NCBI GenBank assembly: GCA_000934665.2
Contig: KZ538024.1
Span: 124,001-155,309, forward strand
Reading direction: 5' to 3'
Source: Catajapyx aquilonaris
Lineage: Eukaryota
Length of the DNA: 31,309 bases
This document shows, one piece after another, positions 1-13,153 of this stretch. The position numbers were made by a program, and so were the translations under genes. Within the stretch, counting starts at the first letter, position 1; each line of letters opens with the position of its first letter. Below the pieces are notes generated by a model. That model saw nothing but the letters and a program-made list of their open reading frames with translations, was not told the origin of the DNA and did not search any database.

Positions 1-2519
1 ACGGAAAATTCACAATGTAAATATAAAATTTGGACCAAGTTTGAATAACCTCTTGCGGTGTGTGTGAAGGGGTAAACCTCAAACTTTCTCACTCCTAGTA
101 GTGGCCCTGCCCTCTGTTTGCTCGTAAAGGCAACTGAGGAATTACATGCCCAAGTGCAATTTTTACTCAATGCTGTTGATTAAGAAATTCTTAGAACGTG
201 GCCACTACGTGTTTAATGGTTGGCAGTTTTTTTTTTTTTTTGAGAAGGCCTGTGTCTCCCTTGTCGTTACCCGTAATAAAAAAATTCATTATGACATTAC
301 TTTTGTCACATCGTGATGAACTGTAATTGAAATTAATGTATATGTAGATAAACCCGAATTCGCGCCAACCGGGCACGTCTGCTGACAAAATCGTCAGCCA
401 GTAGGAGCGCCTCTATCCCTTTTCCGCCGATTCGCAAAGCATGGCGGGAATAGGAGGATGCGCACTACAGATGAAAACGTGGTCGGCTAGGCGCATAACG
501 GGCCATATTGTACACATACTATATAAGTTAAATATTTATTTATATATTTAAAAGTGGCGTTGAGTTGTCTTATTGTGTGTAGCAGTATACATAACATTTA
601 TATATATAGTTATTCAACATTTTTATAACTGTCAGTGGTGAATTACCAAGGTTTGCCAGCTGGTAATAGTACTCTATTGGGCTTTCTCTATGAAATATGG
701 CCAAAGGAAGTGAAAATTTTCGGTGAGTTATGATTTTGGACAGAGTTCATTGTTATCTTTCCGAAATGGACGAAGCAAGAAATTGATACCTGTGTTTTGT
801 TGCAAACAGTACCCTTGAAAAATATAAGGGAGTTAAACTGTTCATTTTACACATTGACACAGACTGTTGAAAAAGTGTCTAATTCAATCATTATTTGGAT
901 ATTGGAGAGATGATGGACCCCAATATATACCGAACAGTACATCTGTGCCCTTTTTACAAACTTCAGTGCAAAAAGTACAAAAAAAATAATTAAACGTTAG
1001 GTATCAGATAACTATGCTTGTATCGCAAAGTTTTATGTCCACTACAACTTCAGCTAAAGTTTATTAAAAGTGTTTCCTTGGTTCAGGGGCCGCCCATAAA
1101 GTACGTTACGTGGTAGAGGGTAGGTTAGTCAATGCCAGAGATCGTCACGGATGGTGACATGGGATGGGGAAGTGAGGGTGTAGTTTGATCGTCCCGCCCT
1201 GCTCACAAATCGAAAGAACTATTAAAATTGCAAATATAGTGAAATGTCTATATTATAGCGAAGTTTGTATAACTGCGGGAATAAGTCAAGAATAATGTTC
1301 ATTAAACGTCTGAGTGTTAAGTAAAAGTCAATTTTACGTGGACTCTGCGTTGGCCATGAGAAGATGACTGATCTTTCGAGGGCGGTTCGGTCCTGCGAGG
1401 CATGATGAGAGGTGTCTAAAAAGCCGAAAAAGAGACGTACTATATGGATGGCTCCTTTACCTGTCAGAAAAGTCTGGGCCTCCAGTAATATTAGGCCGGA
1501 CACTTAAAAGGAGTAATTGTACATGAAATAAGCTGATGTAAATCACTGCACATAACTGAAAAACATGAAAAAAAACTGTGATGTGGGGAACATCGTAACG
1601 CATACAGGGTGACAAACAAAGCATTATGGGTTGAGAATACCGACAATATTTTGCATGTGAGAGACTAATATGCGACGTTGAAGATTATAAGGAAATGCCT
1701 GAAACGTCATGTTTTTTGGCACGGGGAAGGAAGCACATGCTGCCGTCGGCCTCTATTGGTGATCGAAGTATATTGTTAACAATATGTATGATGCTTAATC
1801 AGTGGGGAAAGTTAGTGTGTTATTATTTCTGGTCTTATTAGATTTGTCGTTTCCCAGTTGACCTTTCATGTCCTTAGTTTTAATTCGTGTGCAAATGGGC
1901 GGTCTGTTTCTCAGAGTAGTTAATGTCGATGCACTGACCAAGAGAGTTGGTGACTGCGCCTACTGGTACAGAACTGTAAGTCGAGTAAAATATATTTTGT
2001 AAACAATAACGTTCATTGTATTGTCAAAGCGATGCAGTATATGTACCACTTTCGTGCTCACATTACTTACATGTTTACAGTACATTATAAAGTGCATCCT
2101 AGCTTACATTTTGATGTACGGTTTGTGACCCTTTACTTCCTCCTGCAGCCCATTTGTGCTCAGCTACCTTCCCACTGAGTACGTTAATATGTACATGCGT
2201 ACTGAAATCTAGACATTTTAAGTGATATTTGGCACACAACTACCTCAATTATCATTTCATTATTATTTACAGTCACCTTTTCTGGAGAGTCAAAACTTCT
2301 TGATCTAGTCACTTGTTATTTGATGATAAACTGAATCAATCACATGAATTCATAATGGGAATGGTGCAATAAAAACGCTTGAATCCAATGGACGTCTCGA
2401 GTAATCCAAAAGCATGTATTTTGTACCATGTGCAGCAGAAACGTTTGTAGAAATTCCGTACAGATTTTCATTCATAGTGAAAAAAATGAACAATAATGTA
2501 ATAAAAATGTGGGTGTGTA

Positions 2520-2760
2520 TATCAAAGTGACGCGGCAAACTCAAAGCAATCATTTTGTCAAAATTGTCAATCAAAGTAATCTTTTGTAGGTGTGGCATGG
2601 CCAAATATTTGTGCAGAGCTAAGACTTTGAAAGCTGCTATCCCATAAAAAGTCATATAACAGTAGAGACATATGTCACATGTATCTGACGGCAGACTTTA
2701 TTGGCGTCTACGTCGTTAGTCTACTAGTGGGTGTCTCGACATTTCGCACCTCTATATTTT
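2520..2760 (+). repeat. Old dispersed repeat copy; inverted copy at about 19445-19730
   Basis: ggtgtctcgacatttcgcacctcta (about 2729-2754) matches the reverse complement of tagaggtgtaaaatgtcgagacacc (about 19456-19481). A related core tgtgcctcga(c/t)atttc occurs at about 9855 and about 20138. Boundaries approximate. Confidence 0.5.
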
Positions 2761-2800
2761 AATCTCGTTACGATCCATAGAAACCCCTACAACTGTCAGG

Positions 2801-3547
2801 ATGAAGTCAACATCTTCTTTCATGTTCCAATATCTGTGACAACTTTCTTAGTGTCATTGGACGCAGCCATGATTTCTGTATTTGATCCATTGATCTAACA
2901 TAACCAGGCTTTATTAGCTTATTTGTCGCTTAGTTCTGAAACGCCGAAACTCACTCATATGACACAATAAACCAACAATAACTGCTGATATAGGCGGTTC
3001 AGCATTATACTGATATGATGCATAAATATGACATTTTGGAGAGTGATTGGCCTACATCACTTTGATATGAACCTCCACAAAGTCTTGTTACGAAGTTGCC
3101 GGGCTTTCACAAACGATTGTGCTATGGGCATTTATGTAAGTGTTTATTCAGGGTATGGGTTCTTTGTACGGTATTATGTACATTTATGGTGCATATTTTC
3201 AGCATGTAGATTATAGGAAAAATTAGATATCGTTAAAAGGTGTGTTGCAGTATTTATTAGTTGTGAACAAATTTTCCATACTGGAAAGTGTTGAAATATC
3301 AAAAACAGAAATACACTTTTTATAAATATGTATGCTTTTCATTTCCTCCAATCGTCGGTGATGCGTCATGCATGCCACTTCCTGAATTGCTAACTATTAT
3401 TATTTCAGCACAACTGTTGCTGTTATTATCATATCCATATTTCCCTCTTCCCTACTTCTCCGTGCCATATTTCCCAGGGTGGCAAATTGGCCGTGAATGG
3501 TACCAAAACATCTGCAGAATGAATAATGAATTAGGAGCATTGCAAAG
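2801..3547 (+). pseudogene. Possible decayed seventh family member
   Basis: ATGAAG-TCAAC at 2801 resembles the gene D start ATGAAGTTCAAC with a 1-bp deletion, and the corrected frame reads NIFFHVPISVTTFLVSLDAAMIS. Segment 3478-3547 lies between a polypyrimidine cag acceptor and AAG|gtaac, is phase 0-to-1 and contains NGT, but has two in-frame stops. No last exon found. Confidence 0.22.
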
Positions 3548-4534
3548 GTAACATCAGGTGTATTTTCTCCTAAAGGTCGTTGCCAGTCAAGTGAACATGT
3601 CTGCTGGAATTGAAAACCACTCACAAACTCTCGACCTTCTATGTAGAGAAAAGTGATCAGAATACATCAACCAGTAGTATATGAGAAGCAAGTGGAACAG
3701 TATGTCACACATACGGCCCACATTCTAAAAACAAAGTCCGCCACCTGATAACAATAATAATATATATGCTTCACAGCAGTCCCAAAAAAAAAGTCGCAAA
3801 GAAAGTACATCACTCCACGTGCCATGACCCCTAACATCAATTCGATTTCATCTCAGTCGATATGAGATCAGGGAAAGTACCGGATTCAGAACCACAAAGG
3901 AAGTAGCTCACATCCTTGTCCAGTACGCCACAATAGACCGGACAAAAATATATTTCAAATTTTCCACGCATCGTTATCACTTCGTAAGTGTTACGACCCT
4001 AGTCTATTTGAGCACAGGTCCCAGTTCCGTTTCACCTGATAGTGAATGCAGGAGACAAAAGGTGAGGCCATCAAAAAAAAAAATCTATTCCGGGACCTTC
4101 ACTCTCACAACCACGAAGCTATAACTGGTCACAAGACTTAAAGAAGCTTGACCCGGTTATCCTTGCTCACATCCCGTTACCTCTACTTGGCCTCTGATAC
4201 AACAAGCTAGAGCAATTCCATAATGGAATCCCTATCTTGCTAATGACCATCCCAAAACGTCGCTTGAAAATTGAGCAATTAGATCTAATTAAATCCTGAC
4301 ATAATGCAATAAACGCGGTCTTGTCCCAGAAGCTGAGGAGAGATTCCAGATGGACCCACCTCTCCACGTGCTATTTCCGGAAAGAAAACCAGGTCGAATG
4401 AGTTTCATTGGTGTACAATAAGATGCATCCAGTGGTACACACGCGGGGGAGATGAAGGTAGGAGAGAAGAAGAAGAAAAAAAAAAATCATGTAAACATCC
4501 ATCAAAGTAGCGGGCGAAGGAGCCGGGAGCTAAA

Positions 4535-4541
4535 TATAAAA
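4535..4541 (+). promoter_or_regulatory. TATA box, gene A
   Basis: TATAAAA 92 bp before the ATG. Confidence 0.65.
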
Positions 4542-4626
4542 GGAGTTGAACTTGTGTCTTCTTGGTCTGTATAAGTTTGGCAGGACACGTAGGAGGAAGA
4601 GGAGGAATCCGGGAGCCATCGTCGGG

Positions 4627-6779
4627 ATGAAGGGCTTTTGCTTCACCTTGATGGCTCTGTTCTTTTCGGTCACTGTGATGGTGAGTACTATAATCGGAGG
4701 TGAAGTTCCAGACACTTCGGGGATTCAGGTCACCAATTACGTCACTCTGACCACAGAGTTGCACTGGTTGTTACGGTGCTTGTGGTTATTTAACGTGCGT
4801 TCAAGTGGACCGTTATGTGAAGGGTTCCCATATCTGTGTAGTAAGTAATTATCATATATAACCATATTGCTCCAAAGTTGTAGAATTGGGGTTAAATACT
4901 ATTTTGTTAGATAACGTACACAGATTTAGGATAATCTATCTCATGGGAATACACTTTTTTGTCTCAATTCTGACTGAAAGTTAACAAAGCGTCGCATGTA
5001 AACAAATGTTTTCTAGGATTTATGTCCTCAAAACAGACTTAATGCGCTGGCTCGTTTAAATATTTGGAAATTAGTACCTTGCTTTTGTGCTTCACACAAT
5101 ATTAATCCAATATATTTTTTTCCATAAAGGCAATCTTCACATAATAAAAAGCAACAGCGCTTATGCAATATTATTCTGATTAAGTAGTCCACATAATATT
5201 ATTTAAAAGCCTGTCATAACTTCTATTAATAATATTATTTTGAGAGATATTTTCTTTTTCATGCTATTCATTAATTTTCAGGGAAACCTGCATACAGTGT
5301 GATCTTTTTAGTTATTGCAAATTTTGGCCAAGTTGTTACATTTGTGCGGCTTTTTGTGCCCCGCTCGAGGTGCTCACTTATTTCCAGGTGTGTTCGAATG
5401 TAGCAGTTGCTATATAATTGTGCACCTCGACCGGGTCGCAAACGCTTCACAAATGCTACAGCTTCGGGAAAAATTTGTGACAACTAAAAGGAAGCGAATA
5501 TTTGGAACACACTTACTAAGTTATAGCAATATTCGCTCCATTTTGCTCAAACTTTCCATATACTGTACACTTGCACAGTACAGGCAAGTTTCCACCGGGC
5601 TATATCAGCAGTGTTTGGGTATCTAAATAGACCGAACCAGAGCAAAAGGGACGAAAGTGAATAGTAAACGATTTCGAACAGTTTTGAGAACGATAAAGAG
5701 TCACGAAATAAAATTATTACATCTAATGAAATTCAGTACGCAAGAAATTTGTCAACCTTGTACGTAGTGTGTCCAGTCAGTTCAGTTGGAAGAATCCAAA
5801 GAACACTATTGGAGACATAATAAATGATCCTATTTGGGCCCAGTTGCGTCAAGTAGCTAATCAGTGACAATCTCTTTATCCTTCGCATTCATTGTTAACA
5901 ACAATATTCAAACTGTGAATAATAAGATTAACTACCGTATTTGTTCTGAATTTATGCTATTAATTACAAAGCCCACTCTGTAAGGCTGGGTTGCATGATT
6001 ATTAGCAAATGCAAAACAATCTGTTGGTCTTTGTTATTCAGTGAAATCAACAATATTCGAGAAACTGAAGAACATGGATGAACACCATGTTCTATTGTCT
6101 ACTTAGCCCACTACCAGTCCTTAGTTTTTTTTTAAAGTTCCTGATCAATAAGATAAGTCAAAAGTGAGGATAGGTTATGCTTGAGCTACATGCATTTGCA
6201 TAAGTAAATATTAACTGCGAATACCTTTAAAAATCTAGGTATATGCTTATATTCACACCAATCCTGCAGAGTTACAGTAAGGAATTCGGGTGCATGTATG
6301 CCCTATGATAAATCACTAGCTTAGACGACAAACTGGCCATGTTAGCATATATTGTGTTGTTGTTGTTGTTGTTGTTGTTGTTCTTCTTCTTCTTCTTCTT
6401 CTTCTTCTTTCTTCTAATTATTATTTCTTCTAATTATTATTTCTTAATTTCAGAATGCAGCAGAAATTCGTGACAAGTCAAGATTTTTCCTGAATACCAG
6501 AATTGGACCTAGTGAGTATAGTAAACCCAATGAACCATAACAACGTACCATAACAAAAAATTTCAGTACTGATTTCACTAGAAACCTAAATAAAGCATAG
6601 TAATTGTATGAATTTCCATTTATACAGGTTTTAACTTGTCATCTGTATTGGGGGTGCTCACGGGCGGCACAGTACCATCTGCAAACTCGAGCACACTCAA
6701 CCTGGGATTTTTCATGCCATTCAATCCTACAAATCCTGTGGTTCCACTCATATCCATTCCCCTCGATGGGAAGAAGTGA
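4627..6779 (+). CDS. Secreted prepropeptide A (87 aa, 3 coding exons), C-terminal GKK amidation signal
   Basis: Exons 4627-4680 (MKGFCFTLMALFFSVTVM|gtgagt), 6454-6511 (tttcag|NAAEIRDKSRFFLNTRIGP|gtgagt, phase 1) and 6628-6779 (tacag|SFNLSSVLGVLTGGTVPSANSSTLNLGFFMPFNPTNPVVPLISIPLDGKK*). TATAAAA at 4535, AATAAA at 7094. Intron phases 0,1 match the paralogues. An extra small exon in intron 1 cannot be excluded. Confidence 0.8.
6357..6407 (+). repeat. Compound microsatellite (TTG)8(TTC)9
   Basis: Read directly; followed by a duplicated ttcttctaattatta just upstream of the gene A exon 2 acceptor. Confidence 0.95.
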
Positions 6780-7650
6780 AATTTTATTGGCATCATGATT
6801 AGCTACCCACTCTGGAATATATCTCCTGGTTATGCTCAAATAATGCCTTTCTGAGGTATTCTTGCATAACCTTAGTGTGTGTGAAAATGATTGCATGCCT
6901 AGCAAAGAAGTACAAACTTTAATCACTGAATTACTTCAGGTGCTATTTTGGCAAGCAATGTTTAAAGGGCCAAGTGTGAAATGTGTAGGACACTATTAAT
7001 ACATATCTTCTAGTACCTTTCACTTCAGCACGGTTGTGTTAAGTGTATCGTATTGTTTTCTGTAACCATGTATTTTTACTGATTACGCTATGTAATAAAC
7101 GTATATACAGATGCAAAATATTCTAATGTCAGTAACATGAAACGTCCAAAAAAATACTGTATAACAATCAAAAGTTGTAGTACAAGTTTATTCTTTACCC
7201 TCCTGTTACACTACTTTTGAGTAGGCTGCACATTATCGCAAACAAAAATACAGTCTAATTTACTAATCATAATTAATGATTGTCTTATAGTCAAGAACAA
7301 TAGTTGTTTTCAAATTTGCTGCTTGAGTTAGTAACAGAAGGGAGTTTACAGTACAATATGTTTCGATGAGAAAATGGTATGGTAATAAATTGCACACCGC
7401 ACCACTCATGTCACATCAAAACATTATTGTCGTGTAAATATTAACACATTGACACTGATAGTAATGGACAGATCAGCGTCTCTATTATTAGAATTTTATG
7501 GTAACGCTCAGGTGCAGCTCTTTGAGCTGACCAAGGACATGTGATTTAAAAATTGCGCAACACAGAAGGTTACTATATCATTGCAAAAAAAACACACACT
7601 TGTTGGCAAATGCGTATCTTTTGATCTCCAAGTAAATTAAGCACAGTACA

Positions 7651-7657
7651 TATAAGA
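7651..7657 (+). promoter_or_regulatory. TATA box, gene B
   Basis: TATAAGA 59 bp before the ATG. Confidence 0.55.
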
Positions 7658-7709
7658 GCAAGGATCGCAGAGCTGGACACTTTCCTGTGTCAAGGATTTT
7701 GGAGTCACC

Positions 7710-10700
7710 ATGAATTTTTTCATCTGCATTACTACTGTAGTGGCAGCTTCAGCAGCCTTCAGATTAGATACGGTAAGAATCAAATAACATTGATTAGCAT
7801 CATGTATATCGGTGGTGTCAAATGATTCAATTGATTACTCTTTGGGATTTTGATGGTGGAAATGCAACTTAGACTATGCTATACACCCGAAATACTAATC
7901 AATATTCTCTAGGCTTGAGGAAAGTTCTCAAGGGGAAAAATTGAAGTATAATTTTATTTCTCAAAAGGGACCAAAGTGCCAAATATGAATTTTCACAGAA
8001 TGTTATTTGTGTCTTTGGTGGTATTGATGTAGGACAATCACATGTTTTAATATTCTCTGAACCTCGTACATTCCTATACCGTATTACCTCATAAAGCAGC
8101 ATGTGGGTGTAGTCGAGGTCGATCAGTTTTTTAGAAATTCGTCATTTGGTGGTTATACCGGCATGCCGGTCTAAGTCAGGTATGCCGGTATGATGAGAGG
8201 TTTTCACTTACAATTAGCCTTTCATAAGTTGATATTGCTTGAAATCGAATCCATGAAAAGGCACATTTTCTGAATCTAAAACAGTATACAGTATGTTCTT
8301 TTCAATACTGTATTACATTGTGTGGAAATAATATGTATGTACAATGCATTTCAGAGTAGACCTATACAGCTCGAGCACTTGTTACTTTCACTATCCCCAC
8401 TACGCTGATTTTTTTGGGAGATACCATATTTCGAAATATTATATATTATAATATTATCATTTTCGTATTTGCTCGATGTAAGCTCTTGCTCCCTTTTGAG
8501 ATACGGTTTCATGCCTCAATTGTTTAAAAATTAGAGTAAAATCCCGTATGAATCTTTGTTAAAATTATCATCAGCACTACATGGGTCACCGGACTGTAGA
8601 AAATTGGTTTGTAAAATACTCACAGTGGCAGACACAGCAATATGTAAAAGTAAGAATGTAAAATACCCACAGCATCAAAACGTGTCCAGTTGTTTTAGTG
8701 GGAGGGAGACAAAAAAATATGGCTATCTGAATATAGTAGGAGATACAAATGGATAGACGGATGTGTAAACATGAATTGTGTAAGGCTGCGCTGCACCAGT
8801 GACTGTAGATCGACAATCGGGGATCTAGCATTGTTAACAACAATATTACCCTTTAAACTCTCAGTTGACGATCTACCGTCAGTAGTGCAACCGGACTCTA
8901 ATGATGATAACAGAAAAAAAATGTTGGCTGGCAACATGCCTCAGCAACAATCACCACAACCATAGCATTTTTACATAATGTTTTTCTGACAAGGGGCCAA
9001 GAGATTCAAATCTGCAACAAGGCAACAGCATCGAAAATGGATTCACACGATGGTTGGAAGGATTGCTGGAGTTTTTCAACCGAATTGGTAAGTATCAGCT
9101 GTCTATCTCCGAGAACAGGTCATGATTGTACAGAATGGTATAAGGAAAAAAAAGTGAGTCCTCCCATGGTATTTAGTGGTATGAAACACCGGCAGTAGCG
9201 TCGAGGTATATAGTGGTAGATTCAATACAAACTTTCTGTACCCTGGGTAGTAGTGCAATGTGGTTTTCTTTCACACAAAATTAATGTTTGTCCTTGCATA
9301 ATTATGTCGTTATCGGTCAATGCCTCGACTTAACTCCCATATACATCATTGATATGCATACTTCTTTTGGCCCATTCTGTATGTTACTAACTTTGAAACA
9401 CATGAAGGTCTTCTGCAAAGACTATTGGTCATGTGATTATGAGCTTTTATTTTCTATTTTTAGGCAACATTAATTTTCCAGGCGAAAAGAATGGTCAGAC
9501 GACTCCCAGCACCCGTGAAAAAAGGGAAACAAGAGAATTGACTGATAGTAAGTGAACATTATGCAGTATTATACAGTACATGCAGTCTTAGAATAGCTGA
9601 GGTCACAATGTGGAACATTAAATTAGTGTCAAGAGTGAACTAACAATTAAAGGGTTGTGGAATCGCTTGTGACAAAGCATTATAAAGCAGTGTTGCACCA
9701 TCGCGGGTATCCCTCGAATTCCCGAAGTTATCATTGTCATTAATTGTTGGGCTGCAGTTAATAACAATTACCCTTAACCTTATATCATATCGAGAGAAAC
9801 CTTCAATGATGCAACCCGGATTAAGAGGCATTCAAATGCGTCGCTATCACATAATGTGCCTCGACATTTCGCATTCTTACATGATACACTTGTACAGTAC
9901 GTATAGAGACAAAGAAATAAGTTACGTACATCATTATCGAAGGAAAGTCCGAGTTCTAAGTTACACCCTATGTTTGGATCCATGACTGTTTATATACACC
10001 ATTCAAATAATTTAATTAATTGGTGTAATGTTTTGTGACACAATCATTACTGAAGATTTTTTTTTAAATATGCGTACAGTACAATATAGTGTTATACCAA
10101 AATACTTTCGGATTGTTATCTTCAGTCATTTTACAGGCGAGAAGGCAACGAACAGTGACCATGAAACTGGAGCAAACAAAGATGGGTCCAAGACCAATGG
10201 TGATGGTAGTGGTAGTAGCGGTGGTAGTAGCAGTGGTAGCGGCGATGGCAGCGGTGGTGGCAACGGTGGTGGCAGCGGTGGTGGAAGCGGTGGTAGCAGC
10301 GGAAGCGGCAGCAACAACAACAACAACAACAATGACAACAATAAAAACGTTGATAAGGAAGATAAGGAAAAAGACAATATTGATGGACCTAGCGATGATG
10401 TAGATGATGAAGACAGTCAGAAGGACAATACCCATGACTGTGCTGGTGATGACTGTGAGAACAATGGTAGCAAAGTTGGTCGAAGTGGCCTCAGAATTAG
10501 ATGGGAAACCCTGGGAAGTTTGCTAGGATTGAGAGGTTACGAAGGAAGATTTGGAAATGGAGGTGGGTTTGGTGGATTTGGATTTGGTGGTTTGGGTGGT
10601 TTGGGTGGCTTGGGTGGCTTAGGCAACATGGGAGGTTTGGGAAATTTGGGTGACTTTGGTGGGTTCGGTAGAATTGGTATCAAATTCGTACCTCTTGGCG

Positions 10701-10717
10701 AACTCCTAGCTGGTTAA
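7710..10717 (+). CDS. Secreted Gly/Ser/Asn/Asp-rich preproprotein B (267 aa, 4 coding exons)
   Basis: Exons 7710-7772 (MNFFICITTVVAASAAFRLDT|gtaag), 8994-9087 (GPRDSNLQQGNSIENGFTRWLEGLLEFFNRI|gtaagt), 9482-9547 (GEKNGQTTPSTREKRETRELTD|gtaagt) and 10137-10717 (SEKATNS...GELLAG*; frame of ORF 10028..10717). 804 nt in total, in frame. TATAAGA at 7651. Furin-type REKR site. Confidence 0.85.
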
Positions 10718-11042
10718 AATAATGAAGCTGAATGTTGTATTATTCCAACAAACTATTGTACCTGTACACAAATATATTCTGCATTCTTACAGATCACTAT
10801 GATCAGTTGTTTATTTTTTCTTCAGCAAGTATTATTCACTTAGGCCTAAATAATATAAGCATACAAGTTGTTCGAATTGAAATGGCATTAGTCGTTAGAA
10901 ATTTTTAAGTCACTAATCTGCTTATTTTAAGCAGTTACTTTTGCACAGTCATTATATGTACTGTACTTTGAGTTGGTATAAAAGTATTCGCTGATAATAA
11001 TAATTATTAGGTCTAATGAATCATCAATTCAAACTGTAAGTA

Positions 11043-12464
11043 CATTTTACTCGTATTGCCACCCAGAAAATCGGAAGTGGCGCCATTGGCGGCCACATTC
11101 TTAGGTTTTTGAGTGCTTTGGCCTTCTCTGGCCGTATACCCGCACGTAGTTCAAGCCGCGGAAAAAGAGCGAAATGTTGGCCCAGGAGAGCGATATGTTA
11201 AATGTTACTGTGCCCCTTGACCTCCGGAAAACGACTCATATGAAAGGAAAATATATTTTGGAGAGTGGGTATGTGCGAAGGGTGAAATAAGTGGCCCGTG
11301 AAATTGCATTTCACCTCCAATCTCTGAAACGTCCCAAACCCACATAAACCAATTTTTTGCACAATCTGGAGCAACGATAGGAGTATTTACACATCCGTTC
11401 TTATTCAACACATATTTTGGGGGAGGTATGACAGCATATGTCTCAGCATCACACTGCATGCGCCCTGTTGTCATAACATGAGAACAATAGATCAGTGAAA
11501 TAATTATTTCATTCATGCCAGATACAGGTCAGTCTGAACTGCAATGCTTGCTGCTGCATGCTTTTCTTCCTAATTTTCAGGATGTGCTGACATTGCAGCA
11601 TCGTCTTCACTTTCATAAGATGATAAATTAATAATCCAGCATATTGCCTCCAAATATTTAAAATATGATGCCTTATATGCTTGCACCATATATGGTGGTC
11701 AGTACTGTTCTGGGCAGTGAGCTAGTAGAGTACACTTACATAATTTATTGCAGTGTCAACATGTGCCTTTTAATGAATTTATGATATACAAAATAAGTAT
11801 ATATAATCTCGTATAGCTTTCCCAAAAGGGCAATATTGCATTCACTCATCCGGGGGCGGGCTGCCCCGGGCCGGATCCTCCCCAAACTCAAGTCAATGGG
11901 AAGAGAAGGATTCTCTTTACCCTCCAAAAACTCCAGGGGGCGGTCTGCCCCGAGTCTAGCTCTCCACAGATGGAGGAGCAAGTCGGCATTGCACGACCTC
12001 CGTGCATTAGGGTTGGCATCTCTGCTCCTCCAATCTGGAGGGCTGGAACTGGGGCAAACCGACCCCTGGATTTTTTGGGGGGTTAAGATAATCCTGCCCT
12101 TCCCATTCACCCGCTTTGGGGAAGGATCCGGCCCGGCGCAGCCAGCCCCTGGAGTGATTTGTGAGTGCTCATCAACATCTCTCATGAATCAAACTTGATT
12201 ATTTTCACTGCCTGAATCCACAGTCGCGCTACTCCTTTTCCCAGGGCTTTCCTGGAAACGTGTAGAGCATAGTTCCAGGCACACCTCGGCTGTATGACTG
12301 GTGGCACCCGACCACGCAACAATTCGTATTAGACTTCTTCTGAACGTCGTTTCCTCATTGCCTGCCTTAGCCAACCGCCATTCCAGCACTCAAGAACATA
12401 CAACGCCGGCCGCTAGATGGAGATACCTCCGCGTTTTCTGGGTGTCAATATCCGATAGGGAATG
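11043..12464. mobile_element. Old non-autonomous DNA element with diverged inverted ends (boundaries approximate)
   Basis: Left tattgccacccagaaaatcggaagtggcgccattggcggcc...tttgagtgct matches the reverse complement of the right end (tattgacacccagaaaacgcggaggtatctccatctagcggcc...cttgagtgct). No TSD resolved. Confidence 0.55.
11848..12153. repeat. GC-rich imperfect palindrome (fold-back/MITE) of about 300 bp
   Basis: Arms such as ccgggccggatcctccccaaa / tttggggaaggatccggcccgg pair along the whole length. The centre is gcacgacctccgtgc near 11998. Confidence 0.85.
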
Positions 12465-12545
12465 GCATATTATAACAACTGACATCGAACGTCAATGATG
12501 TAACTCATTTCTGCAAGCCAGACCCTCTTTACAGACTTTGAAAAG

Positions 12546-12562
12546 GAGAGAGAGAGAGAGAG
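12546..12562 (+). repeat. (AG)n microsatellite
   Basis: Read directly. Confidence 0.9.
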
Positions 12563-13146
12563 CCACACAACCTAATATTAGCAGCTAATACTTTTGATAA
12601 CCACTGTAACTATGCAAAAGTAGCTCTTTGAAAATTAGCAGATAAATTCAACAAATCCTAACTACTAGACGCATTTCAATTGGACTACTTTTGCATATTA
12701 GATGGACCATAAAGCAGAAGTCATTGTTATACTTGTATTCATTGTACATTTTGATACTGCAGTAATAAAATGTAGATTCATTTATACACGGCAGTAGTAT
12801 GTTTATTTAATTACAGCCGATATTTACTGCAGAGGGTAATACTCTATACAGTGTATTCTATGGGGCTCAAATTGTTTTGGCCACTTTATCCTGGTCTTGA
12901 AGCAACCCTTCTCACAGGCCCCACTGTGAACCATTTGTGTGCATTATCCTAAACAGATGACTATGGTGCGGTAAGTGTATAGGAGGATGACGGAGTCATG
13001 ATGTACCTTGCGCTTTATCATACACCCGGAAGTACCTCCACCAAATGCCGAATCTGTCGCATATCAAATAATGACAACTTTTTAGGAGCATCTGCTGGCC
13101 TGATAAAGAATTTGGAGACAACGCCCGTTTCCGCGTTTGCAAATTG

Positions 13147-13153
13147 TATAAAA
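13147..13153 (+). promoter_or_regulatory. TATA box, gene C
   Basis: TATAAAA 74 bp before the ATG; upstream context shared with gene E. Confidence 0.7.

Noticed and set aside
401..468. Small imperfect hairpin as an ncRNA or Helitron end
   Set aside because: No diagnostic motifs; probably a repeat fragment.
10028..10136. N-terminus of the 229-aa ORF as a true start
   Set aside because: AT-rich intron sequence ending in a ttttacag acceptor. The upstream signal exons splice in frame at 10137.
10064..10435. Overlapping Ala/Thr/Val- and Pro/Leu-rich ORFs
   Set aside because: Alternative-frame shadows of the Gly/Ser/Asn repeats in gene B.
11745..12198. 146-aa and 120-aa ORFs on opposite strands
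   Set aside because: They arise from a GC-rich palindrome. No splice or domain support.
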